Of a stretch of DNA of 64,000 nt, positions 18,986-29,468 are shown piece after piece. The stretch's first letter is position 1. Each line of letters starts with the position of its first letter. The DNA comes from Candidatus Fermentibacterota bacterium (GTDB lineage Bacteria; Fermentibacterota; Fermentibacteria; Fermentibacterales; JCC-6). The DNA is taken from assembly GCA_014728175.1 (NCBI GenBank), contig WJMA01000054.1:71673-135672 (forward strand), in the 5' to 3' direction. Under the pieces are notes generated by a model, which saw only the letters and a program-made list of their open reading frames with translations, was not told the DNA's origin and made no database searches. The position numbers were made by a program, and so were the translations under genes.

Positions 18986-20515
18986 CTAGCCGAAATCTAT
19001 TCCCTGGGCCAGCTCCATGCCCCCGCTGAAGTTGATGGTGCAGGTCTGGCGGCGCATGTAGCCTTTCCAGGCGTCGGAACCGGATTCCCGTCCGCCCCCG
19101 GTCTCCTTCTCTCCGCCGAAGGCACCGCCTATCTCGGCTCCGGAGGTACCGGTGTTTACGTTGGCTATGCCGCAGTCCGATCCCATGTGCGAGAGGAAGG
19201 TCTCCACCTCTATCAGGTCCCGGCTGAACAGGCAGCTGGAGAGTCCTTGAGGAACGTCGTTGTGGATCCTTATGGCCTCCTCGATGTTGGAGTACTCCAT
19301 AACGTAGAGTATGGGCGCGAAGGTTTCCCGGCGGACGATCTCCGTCTGTTCGGGCATCCTTACTATCGCCGGGGTGACGAAGCGGGGGCCCAGGTCCTCC
19401 AGGACCTCGCCTCCGGTCAAAAGCTCTCCCCCATCCTTCTTGGCCCAGTCCAGGGCGTTCTTCATCTCTTCCACCGCGTCGACGGTCACCAGTGGTCCCA
19501 TCAGGGTGGAGTCGTCCAACGGGTCGCCTATGGCCACGGATTCGTATTTTCCCACCAGGGTCGATACCAGCTCTTCGGCCACTTCACTGTGTACGATCAG
19601 CCTGCGGTTGGTCGTGCAGCGCTGGCCGGCGGTGCCCACGGCGGCGAACAGGATGCTGTCGGCCGCCAGCTCCGGGTCTGCCGAGGGAGCCACTACGGCC
19701 GCGTTGTTGCCGCCCAGCTCCAGTATGGTGCGGCCGAAGCGGGCGGCCACGGTCTCCGAGACCCGCCTACCCATCCTGCAGGAGCCGGTGAAGGAGACCA
19801 GGGGCACCCGCTCGTCCTCCAGCATGCTCTGGCCCACCATGGACCCCGAGCCTGCGACCAGGTTGAGAACGCCGCTATACCCAAGCTCACTCTGGATCCT
19901 GTCGGCCACCTTCTGCACGGCTATGGCACAGAGAGGTACCCTACTGGAAGGCTTCCAGATCACCGTATCACCGCACACCATGGCAATCGCCGCGTTCCAG
20001 GCCCATACGGCCATGGGGAAGTTGAAGGAGGTGATCACTCCTATCGATCCCAGGGGATGCCACTGCTCGTACATCCGGTGACGGTGACGCTCCGAGTGCA
20101 TGGACTTTCCGTAAAGCTGCCTGGACATGCCCACCGCGAGGTCGCAGATGTCTATCATTTCCTGGACCTCCCCGTGGCCCTCGGCGCGTATCTTGCCCAT
20201 CTCCAGGCTTATGAGGTCGCCCAACGGCTCCTTCATCTCCCGCAGGGCGTTGCCCAGCAGCCTCACGGCCTCGCCGCGGACCGGCGCCGGAACCATCCGC
20301 CAGCTCCGGAACGAATCGTACGCTGCGTCGGCTACCTTTGCGTAATCGTCGGAAGAGGCTTGCGCCACGGCAGCCAGATCCTCGCCGTCCGAAGGATTGC
20401 CGGACACCAGCTCGCCTCCGCCGGTCTTTATGGGGCCCTTGCCGCCGACGAATGCCCCGGGGTTCGATCGGTCGGTGTGAATACCAAGTTTCTCGAGTAT
20501 CTCGTTCGCTCTCAT
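18986..20515 (-). CDS. Aldehyde dehydrogenase, ALDH7 / piperideine-6-carboxylate dehydrogenase-like
   Basis: GEVQEMIDICD, FNFP, LELGGNNA, GTAGQRCTT, ETFAPIL and SGAEIGGAFGGEKETGGGRESGSDAWK. Confidence 0.9.
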   Translation of the reverse strand: MRANEILEKLGIHTDRSNPGAFVGGKGPIKTGGGELVSGNPSDGEDLAAVAQASSDDYAKVADAAYDSFRSWRMVPAPVRGEAVRLLGNALREMKEPLGDLISLEMGKIRAEGHGEVQEMIDICDLAVGMSRQLYGKSMHSERHRHRMYEQWHPLGSIGVITSFNFPMAVWAWNAAIAMVCGDTVIWKPSSRVPLCAIAVQKVADRIQSELGYSGVLNLVAGSGSMVGQSMLEDERVPLVSFTGSCRMGRRVSETVAARFGRTILELGGNNAAVVAPSADPELAADSILFAAVGTAGQRCTTNRRLIVHSEVAEELVSTLVGKYESVAIGDPLDDSTLMGPLVTVDAVEEMKNALDWAKKDGGELLTGGEVLEDLGPRFVTPAIVRMPEQTEIVRRETFAPILYVMEYSNIEEAIRIHNDVPQGLSSCLFSRDLIEVETFLSHMGSDCGIANVNTGTSGAEIGGAFGGEKETGGGRESGSDAWKGYMRRQTCTINFSGGMELAQGIDFG

Positions 20516-20634
20516 GAACGCCTTCCCATCCGCTTGTCGCTAATAGATCTTGGTGAGTTAAAGTAGCATTATGCTCAATAGGGGCTGGACCAACAAACCG
20601 ATCCATTGACCCATGACAGTGGAACGGCCCGGGT

Positions 20635-20677
20635 AAAAAAGAAGGCCCGCCGCCGGGCTACCGGCCCGGCGACGGGC
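20635..20677 (-). terminator. Rho-independent terminator
   Basis: Minus-strand 14-bp GC stem (20645-20658 / 20664-20677) followed by CTTCTTTTTT, just after the stop at 20692. Confidence 0.8.
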
Positions 20678-20691
20678 AAGGACGCTGAGCG

Positions 20692-21366
20692 TCAATCCGC
20701 TACGCTGTAAGAGGTAAGCTCGCTGGTTATGTGATACTCCAGGAAACTGGCCGTCTGATCGTAGACGTTTCTCACTATGCCCACGTCCGGGGCGAAATCG
20801 GTGGTGTTGACCACTGTAAGCCCGGACTGGATCCAGGTGGTCCTCATCTGCATCACGTTGGAGAACGTCCCGGCGGGAACGGTTACCTCCCCACCCATGG
20901 AAAGGATCTCTCCGGTCATGGGAGGATCCTCGGAGTACTGCCACGTGTTCCCCACCTCCAGGGGAAAGGGAACGACGAAGCTGGAGTCGGTATTCTCCAG
21001 ATTCGGATAGCCGTGTACCCCGTCCGAAGCCAGCCGCATGTAGGTCACGCAGGTGGAGTCGGGTACCGGCTGACCGGCCAGAGTGTCGGTGGATACGAAC
21101 TCCTCCACGTATACCTCGAAGCTGTCGGCGTGGGTCTCGGTGCCCGTTATCTCGCTGACGGACTTCCCGGTAATCTGGCAGGTGATCGTATCCATCTGCA
21201 TGGTGCCGGACCTGTCGTAGTTCCAGGTGTTCCCCACGGCCATGGGGAAGAATGCCTCGTCATCGCCGCCCGGTCCCGGCCCGGAGGGACCGCCGTTAGA
21301 GTCTCCGCAGGAGGCCAGAAGCAAAAGAGAAGTCAAGGCGATGGTCAAAAGAAGCAATGTTTTCAT
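20692..21366 (-). CDS. Hypothetical lipoprotein
   Basis: LASC lipobox; FFPMAVGNTWNY, PFPLEVGNTW, VTVPAGTF and FAPDVGIV beta-rich pattern. Confidence 0.75.
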   Translation of the reverse strand: MKTLLLLTIALTSLLLLASCGDSNGGPSGPGPGGDDEAFFPMAVGNTWNYDRSGTMQMDTITCQITGKSVSEITGTETHADSFEVYVEEFVSTDTLAGQPVPDSTCVTYMRLASDGVHGYPNLENTDSSFVVPFPLEVGNTWQYSEDPPMTGEILSMGGEVTVPAGTFSNVMQMRTTWIQSGLTVVNTTDFAPDVGIVRNVYDQTASFLEYHITSELTSYSVAD

Positions 21367-21468
21367 GGAATCCCTCCGTATTCGGGTTTGAAGCCGCGCG
21401 AGAGCGTGAAAAGTGCCCGGGCTAATCCCGGAACGCTCTGGACACTCCTTACAGAGGAATATACAGGA

Positions 21469-22602
21469 TCAATCGGTCCGTCGCCCCATCCGCAACAGAT
21501 AGACCTTTGGATAGTCCTCCGGCTGCTCGTCGAAGGCCAGGTATCCGTTGTCGAAGCAGTAACTCAGACCATCCACGTCCTCCAGCGCGGGTACGGTGGC
21601 CACGAAAAGAAGGTTCCCCCGGGGCGAGTAAACGTCGAAGGTGGGCACATCGGTCCAGCCCCGGCCCACCCAGATTCTTCCCTGGTCGTCGACGTCGATC
21701 GAACCGATGGCGTTATGGTATCTGGGTACGTTTTCGTACCTGCGGTCGCGGTTCACCGAAGTACCGCTCTCCCTCCCGGTGGACAGGCTCTCGTGCAGCA
21801 ATCCCTCCTCCAACTCCTCCTCGGTCTTGGCCACCCTTTCCCAGGGTTTGAAAACCGTGACCAACGTATCGCCCTCCGGACCGTAGCCCGTGAAGGCCCA
21901 TACGCTGTCACAGCCAATGGCGACGTAGACCGAGCCGTCGGGCCCGGTGTCCCATCTCAAAAGCACCGTGTGCACGTTAAGGTCTCCGTCATCGCCCAGG
22001 CTGAAGGTCATGGGATACCCGCAGTAGACCAGCTCCGGCTGGGTCGACCGGTCGAACCTGGCCACGTAGGTGCTTCCTACCGGTTGCCCGTTCTCTACGG
22101 AGTGCCTCAGGGTCATTCCCACGTACGATCCGTCTGGAAAGGGAACGAGCCTGTCCGGGGCGATGTGGCGGTAGCCCGTTATCAGGGTATCGAATTCCAG
22201 CTCCGGGGTAAGATGGGTAACGGATATTCCTCCCCAGTCGCAGATCACCACGCTACCATCGCTCATCAGGGCGAAGCTTTTGGGATACTGGTACTCCCCG
22301 GGACCGGAGCCCTTCCGTCCCACGGACCTCTGAAAGATGCCCTCGGGCGAGTACACCGAAAGCCTGCAGCGCAGACCGTCCAGAACGTATATCTCCCCGT
22401 CCGGGGTACGGGTGGCGTCGGTTACGTTGCCGAACACGTAGGAGCTGTCCCCCATCATCACCCCAATGGTATCGACCACGGAGATTCTGAGGGTATCGAT
22501 CGTACCTCCCTCATCGCTGGCAGGTCCCGGACTGCCCGGACCCCCGCAGGCAACGATGATCGTCAGGCCAAGAACGAAGCCCACGGCAGCCAACGTTTTC
22601 AT
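21469..22602 (-). CDS. 6-bladed beta-propeller (NHL-like) lipoprotein
   Basis: VAC lipobox; IYVLD...VYSPEG.F.RSVGRKGSGPGEYQYP, VDDQGRIWV and FDVYSPRG. Confidence 0.8.
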   Translation of the reverse strand: MKTLAAVGFVLGLTIIVACGGPGSPGPASDEGGTIDTLRISVVDTIGVMMGDSSYVFGNVTDATRTPDGEIYVLDGLRCRLSVYSPEGIFQRSVGRKGSGPGEYQYPKSFALMSDGSVVICDWGGISVTHLTPELEFDTLITGYRHIAPDRLVPFPDGSYVGMTLRHSVENGQPVGSTYVARFDRSTQPELVYCGYPMTFSLGDDGDLNVHTVLLRWDTGPDGSVYVAIGCDSVWAFTGYGPEGDTLVTVFKPWERVAKTEEELEEGLLHESLSTGRESGTSVNRDRRYENVPRYHNAIGSIDVDDQGRIWVGRGWTDVPTFDVYSPRGNLLFVATVPALEDVDGLSYCFDNGYLAFDEQPEDYPKVYLLRMGRRTD

Positions 22603-22755
22603 GGTTCCTCCCGGAAAAAGGCTAAGCTTTTCTTCAAAGGGCGAACATAATCCACTCCGAAAGGTTCCCCCCTAATCCCCCTCGTACCCGCTTTGACCGG
22701 AATCGAGGAGCAGGGTTATCATCGGCACCGTCAGGTTGGACTCGGGAGGGCTTAC

Positions 22756-23265
22756 GTGAGCAGCGTATGGGAATCGATTCCGGGCAAATGGTGGATCTGG
22801 GTAGTACCGATGACCGTATTCGCCGTCGTCGGAGTTCTGGTCATCAAGGCAGCCATAGCCATCCCTCCCGGCATCCAGGAGAGCGCCCTTCCTTTCCTGT
22901 CTAGACGGACCGAGGTCCTCGTTCTGGGAGTATTCCTGATCGTCGGCCCCTACGCTTCTTGTGCCGCCCTGTACCTTCGCATGCGGAGCAGAACCAGGAG
23001 GGCCTCCCGCCTGAGGGAGGAGGGCGTCCCGTGCAGGGCCCGAATCCTCTCGATTCGATCCACGGGAATGACGATCAACGATCTTCCCCAGTACCGGATC
23101 GAGGTGGAGGTCACGGGAGCGGGAGCGCCGCCCTTTCCAGCCGTGGTCAGGACCTGCCTGAAGCCAGGGCAGCTGAAGGATCTGGGACCAGGCAGCGTTT
23201 GCCGGACATGGCTGGATCCCAACAACGGTAAAAACCTGCTGGTAAGCTTCGAGGATCAGTTGTAG
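22756..23265 (+). CDS. Hypothetical membrane protein
   Basis: GTG start after GGAGGG; two TM helices then G...ARILSI..TG.TIND.P beta domain. Confidence 0.6.
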   Translation: MSSVWESIPGKWWIWVVPMTVFAVVGVLVIKAAIAIPPGIQESALPFLSRRTEVLVLGVFLIVGPYASCAALYLRMRSRTRRASRLREEGVPCRARILSIRSTGMTINDLPQYRIEVEVTGAGAPPFPAVVRTCLKPGQLKDLGPGSVCRTWLDPNNGKNLLVSFEDQL

Positions 23266-23304
23266 GGATTTTGATAACCTGCAGAACGATCTCTCGGGCA
23301 GGCT

Positions 23305-25815
23305 CTAGTTCGGTCGGATTCTAACCAACCGGTCAGGAACCGCTTCCTTCTCGGCCACGGCATCGGTATCTCCAGGTACGTATAACTCCAGGGTGCAACT
23401 ATCGCCGCAGGGAAGACCGAAGTGCAGGATTCCGCCGTTCTGGCTGGTAGTGCCGCTGCCACCCTCGACCTGGCGTAGCAGGGTCAGGTCGTTCTGCCTC
23501 AGAGCAACGATGCAACCGATACCCGAGTGGTTGATGCCACTCGTAGGGACGACCTCCACCTCCATCCAGCAGCCTTCGGGCGTAGTGTTCATAAGCAGGA
23601 CCGGGCCATCCCCGGAGCCTACGGCCAAATCCAACCTGCCGTCCAGGTTGAAATCCGCCGCCGCAGCGCCCCAGCCGTTGAAAACCCTGGATCCCGACAT
23701 CCAGGTAACGTCCCGAAACCTGCTGCCTTCTTCATTCAGATAGAGAAAGCTCCGCCTCTCGGGATAGACGGAGGTCACGAAAAGGTCCAGCCATCCATCG
23801 TTGTCAAAATCTCCCCATACCGGGTTGGAATGCGTTTCCTCGAAGCGTATGCCGAGGGCAGCTCTCACATCCTCGAAAGAGCTATCCACGTTCTCATAGA
23901 GCATGCTTCGGTCGGAGAAGGTTATGTATCTGGGATGAGCCAGATTGGCGGAGAAGAGGTCCCAGTCACCGTCGTTGTCGTAGTCTCCCCAGGTGCTTCC
24001 GATGGTGTGTCCCCACCATCCCTGTGTGTTGGTTCCGGCGACCCCCTCGGCTAAAGCAGAGTTCACCGCGCGGCCGTCCCGATTCTCCCACAGGAGGTTC
24101 TCCTGGAGCCTGTAGTTGCTGACCAGGATATCCATGTCTCCGTCCATGTCGTAGTCGCAGGGGCTCACTCCCCTTCCGCACAGATGTTTACCCAGGAAAG
24201 GTGTCATGCCCAAACTGTCACTTACCTCTACAAAACCGTTACTTCTGCCTAGATAGAAAGCGTCGGCCGTCCCAGAACCCAGGTTTCCCGATCTTTCGTA
24301 GCTGGCCAGGTATAGATCCAGCCAACCGTCAGCGTTCCAGTCCAGAAGGGCCACACCCTCCACCCTGGAATCGGTGGGAAGCACGCCCAGCTTATCCGTG
24401 GACTCTTCCAGCGTCCCATCTCTCTGCAGGAAGATTTGCACGGTGTCCCCAGAGGTCACAAGATCCTGGGTCCCATCTAGGTTCAGGTCTCCCCACACCC
24501 CTCCGTTGCCCCGGTTGGTTGAAAGGCCGGACTCGACGGTGACGTCCGTGAAACCCGTACCGTGGTCGTTGCGGTAAAGGTCATGCCCCAGAAGAAGGTC
24601 CGGGTATCCATCGTCATTGTAGTCGCACCAGGAGATCCGGGTGCCCCGGACCAGGCTGTCCGGGCCCAAAATACCGGTTACGTCGGCGAACGTCGGGCCG
24701 TCGTAGCCGGTACTCTCCCTGGCCCATTTGATCGGACCCACCCTGGGTATCAGCAGACCCTCCATGGCGGAAACCGCCTTGCCACTCCACTCGTTCTCCA
24801 CGTTGCCCAGGGCAGCCGAACGGGCGTAGGAACGTAGGGCGGCGATGGTGTAACCGGTCTTAAGCAGCATCTCTCCCTGCAACCAGTAAAGCGAGGTCTC
24901 CGTGTGATAGTCATCGATCCCCAGCTCGACGCCCTCGATAACCCCCCTGATCAGAGCCAGCGCCTGGTCCCTGCGGCCCGATCCATCCAGGGCCATCAAC
25001 CTTCTGAAGCGAAGCCGCATATCCAGAGCCGGGCCGGAAAGCATCCATTCCTCGGCCGGCATCCCCTGCGGATGGTATCCACCCTCTAGTATCTCCAGCC
25101 CTCTGTCGCAAAGCTCCAGAGCCTCCGACCAGGACGAGTCTCTATCCATCATCAAGGTCGCGCCGGTCAGGCAGCATTGAGGATCGTTCGGACAACTTTC
25201 CTTCCACGACCGGTAGTAGTCCTTCCAAGAGGAAGAGTCAGCGGTCTGCAACACGGATGTCAGGGTATATCGCCAGGCCCTGCATCGCCAGGCATCGGAT
25301 TCGTCCCCCCGCCGGTCGATAAACTCCCTCAAAACGCTTATCCTGGCGGAGTCGTCGTTCCATACCGGGTATAGGCGATCGTAGAAATCCCACCCGATGA
25401 TCTGGTACGTCTCCTCGGATTCGGGAAACCTCTCGATCAGAACCGCCGTCAGGCTGTCGTAAACGACGCTGTCTCCCAGCGCACTGGATGACTCAATGAG
25501 GGAGAGAAGGTCCGATGGGCCCCATGAGAGTCTACCGCCCCATTCGCTGAGCATTCCCCTCAGAGAAAGGGAAGACGGGCTCTCCTCGCATCCGGCGATG
25601 GACCTCCACAGAGCTGCCATCGTCCCTGCCGTAGGTCTTCTTCGGAAAACCAGCTCGTAGAGATCGGCGGCCGCAGAGTAATCACCTCTGGCGGCGTATA
25701 CGACAGCCGTGAGTGAGTCTGATCCTCTGGCCATCTCCAGGGCGGCATCGAAATCCCGAACGCCTAGTAGGTCCTCAAAATCGGCCTGGCCGAACGAAAG
25801 GGAAAGAATAACCAT
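23305..25815 (-). CDS. CRTAC1/ASPIC-UnbV family protein with FG-GAP repeats and N-terminal TPR-like region
   Basis: Repeated (G)DxxxDGxxDL units; C-terminal RQVEGGSG..SQN...LHFGL. Start uncertain (25815 or 25875). Confidence 0.85.
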   Translation of the reverse strand: MVILSLSFGQADFEDLLGVRDFDAALEMARGSDSLTAVVYAARGDYSAAADLYELVFRRRPTAGTMAALWRSIAGCEESPSSLSLRGMLSEWGGRLSWGPSDLLSLIESSSALGDSVVYDSLTAVLIERFPESEETYQIIGWDFYDRLYPVWNDDSARISVLREFIDRRGDESDAWRCRAWRYTLTSVLQTADSSSWKDYYRSWKESCPNDPQCCLTGATLMMDRDSSWSEALELCDRGLEILEGGYHPQGMPAEEWMLSGPALDMRLRFRRLMALDGSGRRDQALALIRGVIEGVELGIDDYHTETSLYWLQGEMLLKTGYTIAALRSYARSAALGNVENEWSGKAVSAMEGLLIPRVGPIKWARESTGYDGPTFADVTGILGPDSLVRGTRISWCDYNDDGYPDLLLGHDLYRNDHGTGFTDVTVESGLSTNRGNGGVWGDLNLDGTQDLVTSGDTVQIFLQRDGTLEESTDKLGVLPTDSRVEGVALLDWNADGWLDLYLASYERSGNLGSGTADAFYLGRSNGFVEVSDSLGMTPFLGKHLCGRGVSPCDYDMDGDMDILVSNYRLQENLLWENRDGRAVNSALAEGVAGTNTQGWWGHTIGSTWGDYDNDGDWDLFSANLAHPRYITFSDRSMLYENVDSSFEDVRAALGIRFEETHSNPVWGDFDNDGWLDLFVTSVYPERRSFLYLNEEGSRFRDVTWMSGSRVFNGWGAAAADFNLDGRLDLAVGSGDGPVLLMNTTPEGCWMEVEVVPTSGINHSGIGCIVALRQNDLTLLRQVEGGSGTTSQNGGILHFGLPCGDSCTLELYVPGDTDAVAEKEAVPDRLVRIRPN

Positions 25816-25868
25816 GGCCTTCCGGCCGCAATCTAAAAGGAACGATGAATTCGATTTCCTGCCGGTCG

Positions 25869-27524
25869 CTACCATCGATCCAGCAGGACCAGCCTCGCCG
25901 TGCAGGGCTCTCCCCCGGTGTCCCTAACCTCCACCACGTAGCATCCGGAGGGCAGGCCTGAGCCACCGCAGGTGTAGATGCCATCGAAGGCCGTTCTGAG
26001 AATCTCTCTTCCCGAGACGTCGTAGATTCGCAGGATTGCGTCGGGTCCGAAGCCGGTGCCCAGTATTCGAACTCTGCCGCCGCCGGGGTTGCCGGACACC
26101 ACCAATCCCCTGGATGGATCCCCGGGAGTGTCCGGCTCGACACCCATGTAGTTTACAGTGAAGGTCCAGTACTCGTCGCTGCCGCCACCACCGGGAGCGG
26201 TGCACCAGGTCTGCTCGTAGCCGTCGGTGGCCGCGACCTTCCAGTGGTAGGTCTGGCCCGGGGTCAGATCGCCCTCCGAGAAGGTGTAGGTCGATCCCGT
26301 GAGATCGTTAACCTCGTCGTGCGGGCTGAAGTCCGGGTCGGTGGAGTACCACAGGTCGTAGGTAACGGCGTGCTGCCCGCCGTCGTCGCTGTCCTCCCAG
26401 TCCAGGGTGGGAGGGTCGTTCACGTTGGAGTTGTGGGCGGGCGAGAGAAGCTCGAATCCCGCTGGGGCGACGTTGTACCAGGCGCAGTACAGGTCGCCAT
26501 ACCAGCTGTACTCGTAAGACATGTAAGGATTTCCGGTGGTGTCTGTCGCGATCGAGGAGTAGCTGCCGACGCTGTACTGGCTGTGAACGGTCTCCACCTC
26601 CCAGTCGGTACCATTGAAATAGGCGTACTTCAGGTCCTCCAGCGAAAGGTCGTAGTAGGAGATGTGGATGTGGTCATCACCGTCCACGGCTATAGATGTG
26701 TACCAGCCCACGTAAGCGTCATCCACCACCTCGGTCTGCCAGTCGGCTCCGTCCCACCAGGCGTGCTCCAGGTCGTGGTTGTCGTAGTCACAGTAGGAGA
26801 TGTGGGGGTTATCCCCGCTGTCCAGGACCATCGACAGCCACAGACCCACCTGCCCGGAGGATATCACCGTCTCGGTGTTCCAGCTGCTTCCGTCATGGCT
26901 GGCGTACCGCAGGTCGTCGTCGGACCCCTCGAAGTAGGCTATGTGCGGGTGGTCGAGGCTGTCGATGTCTATGGAGGTCCAGGCGCCCGACTCGCCGTAA
27001 TCGTCGACGGTCTGAAGAGTCCAGGAGCTCCCGTCGTACCAACCGTACTTCAGCTCGGTGTCGCCGTAGGTCACGTAGTAGCGGTAGGAGAGGTGAGGAT
27101 TGTCGTCGCTGTCCAGGGCCAGAGACGTGTAATCCCCGACGTAGCCCTCCGAGTCTATGAAGACCGTATTCCAGGCAGCTCCGTCCCACCAGGCGTACTT
27201 GAGTGCTGAGTTGTAATAGTCGTAGTAGGAGATGTGGGGATAATCGTTGCTGTCTATAGCTATGGAGGTCCACCACCCCACATTGTCGCCGGCCTCCACC
27301 ATCTCCAGCTGCCAGGTATCTCCATCCCACCAGGCGTGCTTGAGGCCGCCTTCGGTGTTGTTGTAGTAGGCTATGTGGGGGTAGTCGTTGCTGTCCAGGG
27401 CGATGGACGTATACTCACCGGTCGATCCCTGTTCCTCCAAAGGCACAATTTGCCAGCCGTCGGCCGAGGCGTATCCCCCGACCAGGAGTACGGCGAGCAT
27501 GAATATCCATCGTGATTCAGGCAT
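25869..27524 (-). CDS. Secreted 7-repeat beta-propeller + Ig/FN3-like + T9SS-like C-terminal domain protein
   Basis: Signal peptide; seven internal repeats; LLSP...TLDW...Y...YHWKV module; C-terminal NP...LRIYDVSGR...LPSGCY...RLVLL. Confidence 0.8.
   Translation of the reverse strand: MPESRWIFMLAVLLVGGYASADGWQIVPLEEQGSTGEYTSIALDSNDYPHIAYYNNTEGGLKHAWWDGDTWQLEMVEAGDNVGWWTSIAIDSNDYPHISYYDYYNSALKYAWWDGAAWNTVFIDSEGYVGDYTSLALDSDDNPHLSYRYYVTYGDTELKYGWYDGSSWTLQTVDDYGESGAWTSIDIDSLDHPHIAYFEGSDDDLRYASHDGSSWNTETVISSGQVGLWLSMVLDSGDNPHISYCDYDNHDLEHAWWDGADWQTEVVDDAYVGWYTSIAVDGDDHIHISYYDLSLEDLKYAYFNGTDWEVETVHSQYSVGSYSSIATDTTGNPYMSYEYSWYGDLYCAWYNVAPAGFELLSPAHNSNVNDPPTLDWEDSDDGGQHAVTYDLWYSTDPDFSPHDEVNDLTGSTYTFSEGDLTPGQTYHWKVAATDGYEQTWCTAPGGGGSDEYWTFTVNYMGVEPDTPGDPSRGLVVSGNPGGGRVRILGTGFGPDAILRIYDVSGREILRTAFDGIYTCGGSGLPSGCYVVEVRDTGGEPCTARLVLLDRW
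26472..27419 (-). repeat. Seven diverged intragenic repeats of about 46-50 codons
   Basis: Consensus G.YTSIA.DS.D.PHISY......LKYA.WDG..W..E.V; boundaries approximate. Confidence 0.8.
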
Positions 27525-27624
27525 GACGTCTCCCTCGTGTTGTAGGCAAATAGTTAATCGTAACGTGATTATATGGGATAATTGTTTTTCCAGTGTTACG
27601 GCGTTCGAAGTAAGGTAGATTTAT

Positions 27625-28065
27625 TTATCGTTTAACATTCCCCCGTCCCCGGTTACAGAACACCCAGGCGAAGCCCCGGATTATAAGCGGGAGCAGGCGG
27701 TAGTAATGAAGGATGGACATGACGGCGGAGAAGAAAACTATGGTGGCCAGCCCCTGGAAAGCCAGGGAGAAGCCCAGGGAGGTCTCTCCATCCGGGCCGG
27801 TCTCCCCCGGAGGTATGGCCAGCCTGCCGAAGACGAACCTGGTGCCGGCCTGGGCCGAGTCCAACAGCTACACGATCAGGTCGTTTAGAAACCTGAACAG
27901 ACCGGTCCCCACCTGGGCCTGGAAGACGAACAGGGCGAAGACCAGTTGTAGGCCGACGCCCCAGCCGATTACCCGCCAGTTCATCCTCCGCCTGTCGGCC
28001 GAGAGGATCCATCCCACGCCCATCATCGCCAGAAGCCCACAGGCGTTGACCAGGCTATGGCTCAA
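27625..28065 (-). pseudogene. Truncated NupC/CNT nucleoside transporter
   Basis: WILSADRRRMNWRVIGWGVGLQLVFA...AG.RFVFG...AFQGLATIVFFSA; in-frame TAG at 27868-27870; similarity ends at about 135 aa. Confidence 0.85.
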
Positions 28066-28175
28066 CCGCAGCCTCCTTCCATCACTCGGAAAGGACTAAT
28101 CTAACAAGAGGCTAAAAGCTCGACTAGAACCTCCGCGGGTGGAGGCGGCAATACCGCTGCCCCGGTCGATCGACG

Positions 28176-28204
28176 TTGACCCAACGGCGCGCTTGCGGTA
28201 TTTG
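28176..28204 (+). promoter_or_regulatory. Putative sigma70 promoter of the sucCD-fumAB operon
   Basis: TTGACC-17 nt-TATTTG. Confidence 0.4.
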
Positions 28205-28316
28205 TCTTCCCTGCATTTTCGGACGATCCGTACCCGCCAGCCCCTGCTTGTGGGAAGCCCTGCGGCACGCGGGTCGTGCACACGGCTGACCGTTTAAATC
28301 GTGGAAGGGTGAACCT

Positions 28317-29468
28317 ATGAAGCTCGAGGAGTTTCAGGCGAAGAAACTCTTCTCCAGGTCTGGAATACCGATCCCAGAGGGCAGCATGGTTACCACGGCC
28401 GAAGAGGCCCGGGAGACCGCCGGGAAGATAGGCTGCCCGGTGGTTGTAAAGGCCCAGGTCCAGACCGGGGGAAGAGGCAAGGCCGGTGGAGTAAAGCTGG
28501 CCCAGAGCCCCGAAGAGGCCCAGCAAAGAGCTTCGGAGATATTGGGCATGGACATCAAGGGCCACAAGGTGAAGCGCCTGCTGGTGGACCCCGCCGTAGA
28601 CATCCGGGGCGAGTTGTACGCGGGCATAACCGTCGACAGGAACAAGAAGGCTCCAGTGATGATGGTCTCCCCCGCCGGAGGGGTGGATATAGAGGAAGTG
28701 GCCCGGACCACGCCGGAGAAGATAACGTTCCAACGCATAGACCCACTTATGGGCCTGCAGCTCTTCGAGGCGAAACGTCTGGCTTTCGGCCTGTTCGACG
28801 AGAAGAAGAAGGCCCTGGCCACGGCCGGAATCCTGACCAGGCTGTGGAGCTGCTTCCGGGATTGCGACGCTTCCCTGGCGGAGATAAATCCTCTGGCCGA
28901 GCTGGCCGACGGCGGCATAATCGCCCTGGACGCCAAGATAGTCCTGGACGACAACGCCATGTACAGACATCCTGACCTGAAGGAGATGCGGCTGCCCACC
29001 CCGGACGAGGAGAAGGAGCTGCTGGCCAAGAGCAAGGGCCTCAGCTACGTCCAGCTGGAAGGAGAGATAGGCTGCATGGTTAACGGAGCGGGTCTGGCGA
29101 TGGCCACCATGGACCTGATCAAGCACCTCGGCGGCAGGCCGGCCAACTTCCTGGACATCGGGGGAAGCTCCAACCCGCAGAAAGTGATCGACGCCATGGA
29201 GCTGCTGGTCTCCGACCCCAACGTGCGGGTGATATTCATAAACGTGTTCGGGGGGATAACCCGCTGCGACGACGTGGCCAACGGGCTGGTCGAGGCGCTG
29301 GGACAGCTGGAGCTGGACCTCCCTCTGGTGGTCAGGCTCACCGGAACCAACGAGGACCAGGGCCGGGAGATACTGGCCAACGCCGGAATCACCGCCGTAA
29401 CCGACATGACCGAGGGGGCGAGCAAGGCGCTGGAGCTCGCTTCCGCCGGAGGGGGTGAGCGGGCATGA
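28317..29468 (+). CDS. sucC: Succinyl-CoA synthetase beta subunit
   Basis: [50 protein letters not shown] and RLTGTN. Confidence 0.97.
   Translation: MKLEEFQAKKLFSRSGIPIPEGSMVTTAEEARETAGKIGCPVVVKAQVQTGGRGKAGGVKLAQSPEEAQQRASEILGMDIKGHKVKRLLVDPAVDIRGELYAGITVDRNKKAPVMMVSPAGGVDIEEVARTTPEKITFQRIDPLMGLQLFEAKRLAFGLFDEKKKALATAGILTRLWSCFRDCDASLAEINPLAELADGGIIALDAKIVLDDNAMYRHPDLKEMRLPTPDEEKELLAKSKGLSYVQLEGEIGCMVNGAGLAMATMDLIKHLGGRPANFLDIGGSSNPQKVIDAMELLVSDPNVRVIFINVFGGITRCDDVANGLVEALGQLELDLPLVVRLTGTNEDQGREILANAGITAVTDMTEGASKALELASAGGGERA

Noticed and set aside
20731-22650. Long alternative ORFs (e.g. 20731-22650, 33709-35436, 48459-50171, 19187-20566)
   Set aside because: Antisense shadows of well-supported genes, expected at high GC, with no recognisable motifs.
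26472-27419. Periodic sequence as a CRISPR array or DGR-type repeat
   Set aside because: The units are in-frame diverged protein repeats, with no identical direct repeats, cas genes or reverse transcriptase.
27868-27870. In-frame TAG as pyrrolysine or stop-codon recoding
   Set aside because: The gene is also truncated shortly afterwards, TAG ends many intact genes here (sucD, mvhG), and no pyl genes are visible.
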